Made by a program: the position numbers and the translations under genes | Notes under the pieces: model-generated | The model's input: the letters and a program-made list of their open reading frames with translations, nothing else | Database searches by the model: none | What the model was told of the DNA's origin: nothing | IMG/VR virus record: IMGVR_UViG_3300001347_000019 | Coordinates: 1-36,945 of that record | Reading direction: 5' to 3' (one strand) | DNA: 36,945 nt | From: a virus | Lineage: Duplodnaviria; Caudoviricetes | Shown: piece after piece, positions 8,669 to 18,208 of the stretch | Position numbering within the stretch: the stretch's first letter is position 1 | Layout of the letters: each line of letters starts with the position of its first letter

Positions 8669-10090
8669 ATGCATTTATTAGGAATTGTAGTCCCCTACAG
8701 GGATCGGTATGAGCAGCTAGTAAAGTTTAAATCAAAAATTACAAAGTATTTAGAAAAAACCGACATTGACTATAGGTTAATTGTTGTAGAACAGGACAAT
8801 GCTACCTCTTTTAATAGAGGTAAACTTTTAAATATAGGTTTTGAACATGCTTGTAAATTAGGGTGTGATTATGTAGTATTTCACGACGTTGATATGCACC
8901 CGGTTAGAGTTGATTACAGCTATGCTGATGTCCCTTTACACCTATCTACCGGAGTTATAAGAGAGGGTATATTAGAAAAACTTCCTTTTCCTCATTATTT
9001 CGGTGGAGTGACTCTTTTTCCTATTGAAGATTTTAAGTTAATAAACGGTTATTCTAATAATTACTGGGGATGGGGATTTGAAGATGATGATTTACTGTAC
9101 AGGTGTGTAAAAAGACATGTTCCGGTAGACATTATGAATGTTGATAACATAGGAGCTAATATAGCAACGTTAAAATTTAATGGAGCTGACTCTTCTGTTA
9201 GAATCCCTAACACTATAACATACATTAAAGATTTTACTATCCATATCTCCATTGAACCAGATGAACTAGTATTAGACCACACTAAAGACAACGATAGAAT
9301 AGTAATCTTTAACGTACCGGGGTATGATTTTACGCTCTACTATAATTCATTTAACAGGTACGTACTGGAAGTATTTGATGACACTAAAGCAATAACCACC
9401 ATAACAACTCAGATACAACCAGTTTACAAAACTAATTTTTCTGTCACCTGGGATAGTATAAGCTGTATTATTGGTTTATACCAAAACGGAGTGCTAGTAG
9501 AAAAAAAACAGCTAAAAGATAAACTTATACCTTATCATAAGATAAAATATCTAACTTTAGGTTGCAGAACGATAGAAGAAGATGATTCTGAATACGAACA
9601 CTACAAAGGTCTTATAGATCAATTTATGGTTTGGGATATAATGCTCCCGGAAAAAGCTATAAAATCAGTAGCAGAAAATACATATTTTGGATTTACTCAC
9701 TCCTTTGCCAACTATCAGAATGGTTCTGATCTTGTTATATACTACGATGCTAAAATGATAAAAAACTATGAGCTTGTAGACTTAACTGGAAAAAATAATC
9801 CTGCAAAAATATACAACTGTGAGATTATAGGCCATAATCATCAAGATAGTAAGCAAATTCGAATACCTTTTAGAAGAAATTCAACTTTTAGTACTGTAGA
9901 TACAAAAGTAGACAACTACCTTGACGGAAGATGGCGCCACCAGACCACTAGATTTAATCAATTAAAATATGTTAATGAAGTTTCAAAAGGTTTATCGGAT
10001 TTAACTAAAGATGGGCTTTCTACTTTAGACTACAAACTACATAGTACAACATCGCTAGATAGAGAAACTCACATGACAGTAGCAATATGA
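8669..10090 (+). CDS. GT7 (beta-1,4-galactosyltransferase-like) glycosyltransferase with inserted LamG/ConA-like domain
   Basis: VPYRDR, FNRGKLLNIG, FHDVD, YFGGV, GYSNNYWGWGFEDDD and terminal DGLSTLDY. The insert has LKFNG.DS.V...YQNGVL...YKGLIDQFMVWD. Confidence 0.85.
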   Translation: MHLLGIVVPYRDRYEQLVKFKSKITKYLEKTDIDYRLIVVEQDNATSFNRGKLLNIGFEHACKLGCDYVVFHDVDMHPVRVDYSYADVPLHLSTGVIREGILEKLPFPHYFGGVTLFPIEDFKLINGYSNNYWGWGFEDDDLLYRCVKRHVPVDIMNVDNIGANIATLKFNGADSSVRIPNTITYIKDFTIHISIEPDELVLDHTKDNDRIVIFNVPGYDFTLYYNSFNRYVLEVFDDTKAITTITTQIQPVYKTNFSVTWDSISCIIGLYQNGVLVEKKQLKDKLIPYHKIKYLTLGCRTIEEDDSEYEHYKGLIDQFMVWDIMLPEKAIKSVAENTYFGFTHSFANYQNGSDLVIYYDAKMIKNYELVDLTGKNNPAKIYNCEIIGHNHQDSKQIRIPFRRNSTFSTVDTKVDNYLDGRWRHQTTRFNQLKYVNEVSKGLSDLTKDGLSTLDYKLHSTTSLDRETHMTVAI

Positions 10091-11505
10091 CAAAACATAA
10101 ATTAGGGGTCTGTGTACCGTACCGTAACAGGGAGTTACATATGCATGAGTTTATACCCAAGGTTGGAAAATATCTTAAAAATGCTGGTATAGATTTTCAA
10201 ATGTATTTCTGTCATCAAGTAGATGATAAACTCTTTAATAGAGGTACAACCAAAAACATAGCTGCAAAACATGCCTTAGAAGAAGGATGTGATTATGTAG
10301 TATTTCACGATATAGATATGATCCCCGAAGAAGGGGCTGACTACTCCTATCCTTCAGAGGCACCACGTCATATTGCCACTAAAATATCTCAAATGAACTA
10401 TCAGTTAAAATACCATGAATATTTTGGAGGAGCAGTTCTATTTACTAAAGAACAGCTTGAAGCAACAAATGGTTACTCTAATAACTACTGGGACTGGGGC
10501 ATGGAAGATGATGATTTATTCTGGCGGTGCTACAAAGAGGGGTATACAAATAATACATATTTAAATGAAACTCCTATTCAACAGAAATTTAAAGAATTTA
10601 ACGGTGAATCTTCTTATATAAAATTAACTCCCTCAAGAGATTTTAAAGGTCTAACAAGTAATTCTCATACTATCTCTATATTAGTGAGAGCATATCAGCA
10701 ACCGGATAAAAATAAAATCTTTTTGATAGGAGATAAGGATAATAGATATGTTGAATATCCAATTTTTAGAATACCGGGGTATGATTACGGTGTATCCTTT
10801 AACAATTCCAGAGCACTTTCTCTTACTTATTGGAATACATTTAACAAACACCACTACATGTGGGTAAAGAGGTATGATAATCAATGGAGTTGGATTACAG
10901 CAGTCATAGATAGTAAGGGTAAACAGTCTCATTTTTACTTAAACGGATCTGAAGTTGACTCTAAAGGAGGGTACGGAAGCCCCTCGCCATTAAAATTGGA
11001 AGGCTTACTAAAAGAGTATAATACTAAAGATATATACTTAGGAATGTCACCTTCTACTCCCGAAGAACAGGGTAACAAGTATTTTAAAGGTGATATTGCT
11101 AAAACCTTTATATGGAATAGAGCTCTCTCTCTCAAAGAAGTTAGTAATTTACATAAAGAAATTGATTCTAACGGCCTAATTATAGATATAGATTTTAACT
11201 CCCCACGAACTAGTTTTGAAAGTTTCGATACTATAGACAAAGTTGATGAGTTTAAGATTCCTAATTCAATTCTACCCTACAGAGTAGAAGGTAGATTCAG
11301 ATGTCTCCCTCATGATGACGAAGGATTAGTAAATGGAAGATGGGTTAAAGGTGAAACAACCGCTGCAAACGAAAGAAGGTATGTTCTTCAAATGCAGCAA
11401 GATAAAATACAACATAAAGAAGATGGAATAAAGCAATTGAGTTACGAATTCCTAGGAGAAGAAAAATTTACTCCTTGGGCAAAAATGATAAATATAAAGT
11501 TATAA
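10087..11505 (+). CDS. Second GT7 glycosyltransferase with inserted LamG/ConA-like domain
   Basis: VPYRNR, FNRG, FHDID, YFGGA, GYSNNYWDWGMEDDD, GRFRCLPH, DGIKQLSY. The insert has FNGESSYI...FYLNG...FKGDIAKTFIWNRALS..EV. Confidence 0.85.
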   Translation: MTKHKLGVCVPYRNRELHMHEFIPKVGKYLKNAGIDFQMYFCHQVDDKLFNRGTTKNIAAKHALEEGCDYVVFHDIDMIPEEGADYSYPSEAPRHIATKISQMNYQLKYHEYFGGAVLFTKEQLEATNGYSNNYWDWGMEDDDLFWRCYKEGYTNNTYLNETPIQQKFKEFNGESSYIKLTPSRDFKGLTSNSHTISILVRAYQQPDKNKIFLIGDKDNRYVEYPIFRIPGYDYGVSFNNSRALSLTYWNTFNKHHYMWVKRYDNQWSWITAVIDSKGKQSHFYLNGSEVDSKGGYGSPSPLKLEGLLKEYNTKDIYLGMSPSTPEEQGNKYFKGDIAKTFIWNRALSLKEVSNLHKEIDSNGLIIDIDFNSPRTSFESFDTIDKVDEFKIPNSILPYRVEGRFRCLPHDDEGLVNGRWVKGETTAANERRYVLQMQQDKIQHKEDGIKQLSYEFLGEEKFTPWAKMINIKL

Positions 11506-11508
11506 GTT

Positions 11509-12912
11509 ATGTTAAATGAAGTCTTTGAAAAAACTAGAAGCAAGTTAAATAAAGTAGGCTGTGGAATGTGTTTAGCAAAATGGACACAAGTCACAATGCA
11601 CTTACATAATGGTATGACACATTCCTGTCATCACCCAACAGCTCATAAAATACCTTTAAGTGAATTACAAAATAATCCTTCTGCTTTACACAATACAAAC
11701 TATAAAAAATTAGCACGTAAAGAAATGCTGGAAGGCGGTAAGCCAAAAGAATGTGATTATTGTTGGAAGATTGAAGACAGCAGTAACGCATTTTCTGACA
11801 GAACATATAAATCATCAGAACCTTGGTCTGCTCCTCACTTTGAAGAAATTACTACCAGTAGCTGGAAAAAGGATTTTAACCCGAAATATGTTGAAGTCGC
11901 ATTTAGTAATACATGTAATTTCAAATGTTCGTACTGTGGCCCAATGTATTCTACAAAATGGGTAGAAGAAATCAACCAGTTCGGACCTTATAAGACAAGT
12001 ACGTCTTTTAATAGTATGAGTACATACAAAGAACGAGGGGTAATGCCCTATCAGGTATCTGAACATAATCCATACGTAGAGGCTTTTTGGAAATGGTGGC
12101 CAGATTTATATCACGATCTACATACATTTAGGATTACAGGTGGCGAACCTCTACTCAGTAAGGATACATTCAAAGTATTAGATTACATTATCGAAACAGA
12201 TAATCCAAATAAAAGATTAAGTTTCTGTATAAACAGTAATTTAGGCATACCTGAATCGTTATTTAAAAAATTTGTAGAGAAAGTTGAAATCATAATCGAT
12301 AAAGAACTAGTACACGAGTTTATAATCTTTACTTCTTGTGACGCTTACGGAGAACAAGCAAACTACATTAGAAATGGATTTAATTATAATCAATTCTACG
12401 AAAGAGTAGATTTTTTATTAGATAAATTTAAACCAATGACCATTGACATAATGTCAACCTACAATGCTCTTTCAGTTCCTAGCTATAAAAAATTAATAGA
12501 AGACGTAGTAATACTTAAAGAAAGACACCATAATCCATCAAGATACTGGGGCTCTTCTCTTTTATTAGATTCATCATACCTTCGATGGCCCACCCATCAG
12601 ACTGTTAAGATACTTGATAAAGAATGGGTAAGGGAAATCGATGAACAGGCAAAATTAGTTGACTTTTATGAACAAATGCGTACCGGTTTAGATGGATATG
12701 GCTTTACTGATATCGAAATAAATAAAATTAAAAGAATTAAAGATTGGTTTATTTCAGAAGAAAATGAAGAGAATTTAAACACAAATCGAAAAGATTTTTA
12801 TAAATTTATCACAGAACATGATAAAAGAAGAAACACCGATTTTGTAAAAACATTCCCTGAGCTTGAAGAATTTTTAGCAAAATGTAGAGTAACAAAATCT
12901 AGAGTATCATGA
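11509..12912 (+). CDS. Radical SAM protein with N-terminal Cys-rich (twitch/SPASM-like) domain
   Basis: CNFKCSYC and ITGGEP; N-terminal C..KW...SCHHP...ECDYCW. Confidence 0.85.
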   Translation: MLNEVFEKTRSKLNKVGCGMCLAKWTQVTMHLHNGMTHSCHHPTAHKIPLSELQNNPSALHNTNYKKLARKEMLEGGKPKECDYCWKIEDSSNAFSDRTYKSSEPWSAPHFEEITTSSWKKDFNPKYVEVAFSNTCNFKCSYCGPMYSTKWVEEINQFGPYKTSTSFNSMSTYKERGVMPYQVSEHNPYVEAFWKWWPDLYHDLHTFRITGGEPLLSKDTFKVLDYIIETDNPNKRLSFCINSNLGIPESLFKKFVEKVEIIIDKELVHEFIIFTSCDAYGEQANYIRNGFNYNQFYERVDFLLDKFKPMTIDIMSTYNALSVPSYKKLIEDVVILKERHHNPSRYWGSSLLLDSSYLRWPTHQTVKILDKEWVREIDEQAKLVDFYEQMRTGLDGYGFTDIEINKIKRIKDWFISEENEENLNTNRKDFYKFITEHDKRRNTDFVKTFPELEEFLAKCRVTKSRVS

Positions 12913-13829
12913 TATTTAAAGATAAATTAGCATACTTGGTCAAAAACGAAACCAGAAACAATACCAATACAAAAAAGTACAACTTATTAGAAGAGGATTT
13001 TATTTTTGAGACAACATTTAAACCAGATTTATCCAATAGTGAAAATGAATTCTGTGTAATTGGTAGGACTGGTTACAACATGGGCATATTCTCACATGCG
13101 GGTAAATCAATAAAATGGGCCTGGTGGAAGATAGAAAATGAAGTTATTGTTTATGATGATTTATTTTTTGGTTCTAAAGATACGGAGGATGTTGATGAAA
13201 ATCATGCTAGATGGTGGAAGGAGTATATAATAAAAAACACACCCATTAAGATGAGTGATGCTGCGGTCAATGGTTTAGTTAGAAGATGGGGGTTTTACGA
13301 TGCATCCCAACCCATCACAGACCCATCAGGAAATGATGGAGGGTATATAGCTATTGATTATAAAATTGAGGGTATACCCGATGAAACATTAAGAGAATGG
13401 GTCATAAAACATGATAACCATAGAGTTGAAACTTTAAGTCTATTACCTGAGATAATTAAAGTTAAGGTAGTAAAAAAAGACAATAAGTTTCATTTATATG
13501 TTGGTGATATCTTTTACAATAGTAAAGATTGCGGACAAGTGTATGATTATTCAAACCAGACAATTTTTATTGGCGTAGCTAACCCATACTCTTTCAACGA
13601 AAATCAATTTTGGTTTTACGGTGAAATATTTGAAGTAAAAATATATAATAGTAGTATTGAAAAACCAGAAAACCTGTACCTCTGGTTTGATTTGGAAAGA
13701 AATTCAAGGTTTAAAACATTTGATAAATCCGGAAACGGTAACCATGGAGAACTTTATGAAACTGAAGAAGTCAAACAAGAAAAACATCTAGAATTTAATA
13801 AATCCGCAAGACCAGCTAAAATAGTTTAA
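12909..13829 (+). CDS. LamG/ConA-like lectin-fold protein with an internal insertion
   Basis: FHLYVG...IFIG...WFYGEIFEVKIYN...WFD...DKSGNGNHG is the typical LamG C-terminal signature. Confidence 0.6.
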   Translation: MIFKDKLAYLVKNETRNNTNTKKYNLLEEDFIFETTFKPDLSNSENEFCVIGRTGYNMGIFSHAGKSIKWAWWKIENEVIVYDDLFFGSKDTEDVDENHARWWKEYIIKNTPIKMSDAAVNGLVRRWGFYDASQPITDPSGNDGGYIAIDYKIEGIPDETLREWVIKHDNHRVETLSLLPEIIKVKVVKKDNKFHLYVGDIFYNSKDCGQVYDYSNQTIFIGVANPYSFNENQFWFYGEIFEVKIYNSSIEKPENLYLWFDLERNSRFKTFDKSGNGNHGELYETEEVKQEKHLEFNKSARPAKIV

Positions 13830-13830
13830 T

Positions 13831-15288
13831 ATGTCAGAAGAATTAAAAAAATGGAGAGATACTCGTTTAAATTCAATAAGTAAAAGCTTCTGCGCCGCAA
13901 AGTGGTATAATGCTAGTTTACATTTAGGACATGGGTTCACAAATTCTTGCCACCTTCCTTTACCCCACCCTATTGATTTAAAGGAACTAAAAGACAATCC
14001 ATCAGCACTTCATAATACCAAACATAAGAAAGAGATGCGAAAAATGATGCTAACAGGCGTCAGACCAGCAGAGTGTTCTTATTGTTGGAAAATTGAAGAC
14101 ATTGGTAGAGATAACATATCAGATAGGGTTTACAAGAGTAATATATACACAGATAAAGAAATTGCCGACTTAAAAGATTCAGATTATAATCAAGATATTT
14201 TATTAAAAACTGTAGAAGTTAGTTTTGATAGAACTTGTAACTTTGCCTGTAGCTACTGTAATGCCGGGTATAGTACCACATGGGGAAAAGATATTACAGA
14301 GAATGGACCTTATCAAAAATTTAAATCCTTTAGTAGCGGAGCATACCAAAGCGATGGATCATGGTCAGAACAATTTAGTAAGAATGGTCTAGATAACCCC
14401 TATGTTGTTGCTTTTTTAGAATGGTGGCCAGAGCTGACAAAAACTCTACAGGAAATAAGGATTACTGGTGGCGAACCTGCACAAAGTTTTAATTTCTGGA
14501 ATTTTATCGAGCTAATGAAAAAACATCCTTCTAAAAATTTAAGATTTGCAGTTAATTCAAACCTTGGAGTAAATGAAAGGTTACTAAACAAGCTAATTGA
14601 TGCTACTTATCAATTAGAAATAAAACAATTTGATCTATATACCAGTAATGAATCACTTGGACTTCACGCCGAGTACATTAGAGATGGTTTGAAATACGAT
14701 GAATGGCGATCAAATATGGTCAAGTTTATTGAAAAAGCAAACCCTAAAATATTTAGATCATTAACTATAATGATGACAGTAAATAGCCTATCTCTTGTTA
14801 GTATTGTTGAATTTTTAGAAGATATAAAAATACTCAAAATAAAATACGGTCATAATAGACCTAATGTTGATTTAAATATACTAAGATGGCCAGCATTTAT
14901 GTCCCCCCTTGTTCTTCCTGATAACATAAAAAAAGAACTACATGCTAAGCTGAAAAAATGGTATAATGAAAATAAAAATAGTCCTTTATTCAATATACAT
15001 GAATTAGCTCAATTTGAAAGACTTCTTGATTATATTGAAGTAGTCAATAGAGGCCACAGAGGAACAGAATCAGATAGAGATGTGTTATTTCACGATTTTA
15101 AAAGTTTTTACATGCAGTATGATAAAAGAAGAGGTAAAGACTTCAAAACCACCTTCCCTGAGTTAGCCGAATGGTATGAAACATTAAAAGTAGATAACAG
15201 TATACCTAATCGTCCTGTCTTTAATGGCGAGATAAGTCATTTCGAAACAGGGGAATATGTACCAGATACTAAGAATGATAAACTATAA
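13831..15288 (+). CDS. Radical SAM protein, paralogue of 11509-12912
   Basis: CNFACSYC and ITGGEP; N-terminal CAAKW...SCHLP...ECSYCW; shared NPSALHNT and D.RR..DF..TFPEL. Confidence 0.85.
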   Translation: MSEELKKWRDTRLNSISKSFCAAKWYNASLHLGHGFTNSCHLPLPHPIDLKELKDNPSALHNTKHKKEMRKMMLTGVRPAECSYCWKIEDIGRDNISDRVYKSNIYTDKEIADLKDSDYNQDILLKTVEVSFDRTCNFACSYCNAGYSTTWGKDITENGPYQKFKSFSSGAYQSDGSWSEQFSKNGLDNPYVVAFLEWWPELTKTLQEIRITGGEPAQSFNFWNFIELMKKHPSKNLRFAVNSNLGVNERLLNKLIDATYQLEIKQFDLYTSNESLGLHAEYIRDGLKYDEWRSNMVKFIEKANPKIFRSLTIMMTVNSLSLVSIVEFLEDIKILKIKYGHNRPNVDLNILRWPAFMSPLVLPDNIKKELHAKLKKWYNENKNSPLFNIHELAQFERLLDYIEVVNRGHRGTESDRDVLFHDFKSFYMQYDKRRGKDFKTTFPELAEWYETLKVDNSIPNRPVFNGEISHFETGEYVPDTKNDKL

Positions 15289-15310
15289 AAAAATTATAAT
15301 AAACTAAACC

Positions 15311-15712
15311 ATGGAAAATAGAAAATACCTTCCCACTTTAGCTGAACTAGTAGATAGACTTTCAATAGCACAGCTCAAAGAAGTTAAAATACCAGATCAC
15401 AAGGAAGAATACGCTCAAGAAATTGCAGATATAGTTCACGATATTCAACTATATTTAAATGAAAGTACCTCAATTAATGCAGAAACAATTAGAGCTATAG
15501 TGGTACTCTCCCAGATGAATGCACACATTTGGCATAATGAATCTGCTGTAAGAGCAGGAACTGCAGGTCCTTCTAATTTAGCTCTTACTCACGGTATTAA
15601 CGGTATACGTAATACTGCAAAAAATAAAATTCAAGAAATAGTTGGAGGAAGAAAAGATTATAAAATCGACTGCCTAGCTGCTGAATTTGAGGATTGGAAT
15701 GTATCCTGGTAA
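15311..15712 (+). CDS. Small helical protein (DUF6165/DUF4254-like)
   Basis: LAELVDRLSIAQLK...IWHNESAVR...NGIRNTAKNKI resembles these small helical families (recognised from memory). Confidence 0.5.
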   Translation: MENRKYLPTLAELVDRLSIAQLKEVKIPDHKEEYAQEIADIVHDIQLYLNESTSINAETIRAIVVLSQMNAHIWHNESAVRAGTAGPSNLALTHGINGIRNTAKNKIQEIVGGRKDYKIDCLAAEFEDWNVSW

Positions 15713-15743
15713 AAATTAAAGTTTACTATAGACAAGTTCAATT

Positions 15744-17291
15744 GTGCAAAAGTATAAGTATGCGGATCTAGATTATTTACAAGTAGTAAAAAAGCTAATA
15801 GACAATGTAATTTGGACAACATTAGATGAAAAGTACAGTGAACCTGGAAAAACTAACCCGATAGTAGAAAGTTCCGACTGGTTTAGCAGGTTGCTTAAAC
15901 CCGACACATACAAAATCAGGGATACTGTTTATACCTTTCATATACCTGCTATGGTGGAGCTGTTAAAAAAGTATAAACCTATCACCGAGTTACCCTACCC
16001 CGAAGCTTTACTTGCAATTAAAAATCAAAAAACAAAACAAATTATACTTCAGTTAAACTTACACACCTCTATTGATGATCCAAAAGCAATAAAAACTACC
16101 TTTTTTGATAAGCTTTTTAAAAAACACCCCGAATTGATTGTGAATATGAAAAAAGACAGATTAACAATGCTTTTGTATTTTGGGTGGGAAGCTGATAATT
16201 TTGCACACAATCCTAACCGGCCCCAAGATTATCATAATACCTATTATGAAGTGTTTGATAATGTACGTAGTAAGTACGGTCTTCCTCCTAAGTCTATAAT
16301 AGTCCTAAGTTCAAATAAAAAAGGTTACGAACAGGAGCAGGAATTTTACGGAGAGGATTTAAAACTTGGAAATTATACTCGTGTGATTTACGAAAATGCA
16401 TATGAAATTAACTCATTTCAAGAGAAAAATAAATGGAACCCTTACTATACATTCGATGAGTATATAGCTAATATAGAGAAAAAAGAAAGCAAAAGACTAT
16501 TAAGAATTAATAGAACTCAATTACAAAGTAGAGATTTTATGCTCTACTGGTTAGAAAATACAAAATACATAGAAGACAGTATAGTAGAATACGAATTAGG
16601 AAACGAACAGAATGAGCACATTCTTTTTCAAAAAACTGAAGAACAAGCGATCGGATACCCAGGACCTGAACCTTTTGATTACCATAAATTAAGATATAAA
16701 ATACGAAATTGCTATAAAATAAGTACTGAACTATCTTATAATCATTTACTTCCTTTTCTTAAGTTTGATAAAAAAATTGTGGATAAAATTAAACAGACCT
16801 CTTCTTATATTGCGAGTAAGATTGAAGAAAATTATGATTCTACTTTGAGAAGTATAGTGAAAAGTGAATATACAAATAAAACAATCCCGGCTGATGTTTA
16901 CCGTAATTCAATTTTCTCCTGGGTATCAACATCTTTAGCAGATAGAAAAGATCAAGTTTTCATAAACATGTCTACATTTAATCCAATACTACACTATCAC
17001 CCGCTTGTATTTTATTCAAATCCATCTCATAATAAGTACTTTGTTGAATCAGGATACAAACCATACGATTGGTTTACAGAAACAGAAAAAGTTGACAAAA
17101 CTTTAAATATTAACCATAAAATGGTATTAAATTTATATGAAATCGATAGACTAGTGAATATACCTAAAGACAGCCTTATCGGGACTATAAAGGATAATAG
17201 GTCTTCACTTGAATATAATAGAAACCTTCTATTTGAATGCAAAAGTATTGAAAATATTCTTAAAAAACTTTACGTTACTATATCTGCGTAA
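15744..17291 (+). CDS. Hypothetical protein, divergent homologue of the halves of 25041-27608 (putative GT-B glycosyltransferase); GTG start
   Basis: LLRINR...R..ML..L, YRNSIFSWVS...INMSTFNPI...PL and YDWF occur in the same order as the motifs of the duplicated protein. Confidence 0.5.
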   Translation: MQKYKYADLDYLQVVKKLIDNVIWTTLDEKYSEPGKTNPIVESSDWFSRLLKPDTYKIRDTVYTFHIPAMVELLKKYKPITELPYPEALLAIKNQKTKQIILQLNLHTSIDDPKAIKTTFFDKLFKKHPELIVNMKKDRLTMLLYFGWEADNFAHNPNRPQDYHNTYYEVFDNVRSKYGLPPKSIIVLSSNKKGYEQEQEFYGEDLKLGNYTRVIYENAYEINSFQEKNKWNPYYTFDEYIANIEKKESKRLLRINRTQLQSRDFMLYWLENTKYIEDSIVEYELGNEQNEHILFQKTEEQAIGYPGPEPFDYHKLRYKIRNCYKISTELSYNHLLPFLKFDKKIVDKIKQTSSYIASKIEENYDSTLRSIVKSEYTNKTIPADVYRNSIFSWVSTSLADRKDQVFINMSTFNPILHYHPLVFYSNPSHNKYFVESGYKPYDWFTETEKVDKTLNINHKMVLNLYEIDRLVNIPKDSLIGTIKDNRSSLEYNRNLLFECKSIENILKKLYVTISA

Positions 17292-17305
17292 AATATAAAT
17301 TCTGG

Positions 17306-18208
17306 ATGTTAAAACCAATAACATACGTTTATTTAGAAACAACTAATTACTGTAATCTTGCTTGTTCATTTTGCAACAGAGATGAGGTTATTGGTACATT
17401 ACAACATATGCCAATATCTAAATTTAGAAAGTTATTGGAAAGCATAAAAGATCACCCTATTAAGGAAGGTAAACTAATGGGAATGGGTGAACCAATGTTA
17501 CATCCAAAATTTGACCAAATTTGTAAAATATTTAAAGATTATTTTCCATCCGCTAAATTAATAGTAGCAACTAACTGTCAATATAAAATTAAAGAATCTT
17601 TTACCAACTCTTTAAAGTATATAGATCTTCTTTATTTTAGTATAGACGGGTATAAAGAATCTTATGAGAGAGATAGAGCACCTGCAAAATGGGATAAACT
17701 TATTACTTTTTTAGATAAATTTAAAGAAGTTAATAGGTATAAATGTGATGTTGTTATTAACTATGTTGTTAATCCTGACAATATTTATGATATACAAAAA
17801 ATAGATAGATTAAGAAAGGATAACAAGTTAGGTGAACTTCGTTTAAATATAGCACAGGATTGGAGTGAAGATAAATCACTACCCGGTGGGTATAATAAAG
17901 AACAAATTTTATATTTAAAAACTAACTGGTCTAACAACATTAAAGGAAAGAGTAAATGGGATTATGAAGATTGTTTCTGGGTTGAAGAAGCATTATATAC
18001 TACTGTAGAAGGTAATGTAAAAATGTGCTGTATGAATACAGGAGCAAAACCTTTTGGTAACCTATTTGAAACAGATTTGAAGTTAATAAGAACTTCTGAT
18101 GATTTTCAAAATGTAAAAAACGGGTGTAAGACCAATAACCCAACATCGCACTGTAAAAACTGTTCGTATAAAGAATTAGTACCCATACTAAGTGAAGTTA
18201 AAAACTAA
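17306..18208 (+). CDS. Radical SAM protein with C-terminal SPASM/twitch domain
   Basis: CNLACSFC, GMGEPMLHP, FSIDG; C-terminal CFW...GNVKMCC...FGNLFE...CKNC. Confidence 0.9.
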   Translation: MLKPITYVYLETTNYCNLACSFCNRDEVIGTLQHMPISKFRKLLESIKDHPIKEGKLMGMGEPMLHPKFDQICKIFKDYFPSAKLIVATNCQYKIKESFTNSLKYIDLLYFSIDGYKESYERDRAPAKWDKLITFLDKFKEVNRYKCDVVINYVVNPDNIYDIQKIDRLRKDNKLGELRLNIAQDWSEDKSLPGGYNKEQILYLKTNWSNNIKGKSKWDYEDCFWVEEALYTTVEGNVKMCCMNTGAKPFGNLFETDLKLIRTSDDFQNVKNGCKTNNPTSHCKNCSYKELVPILSEVKN

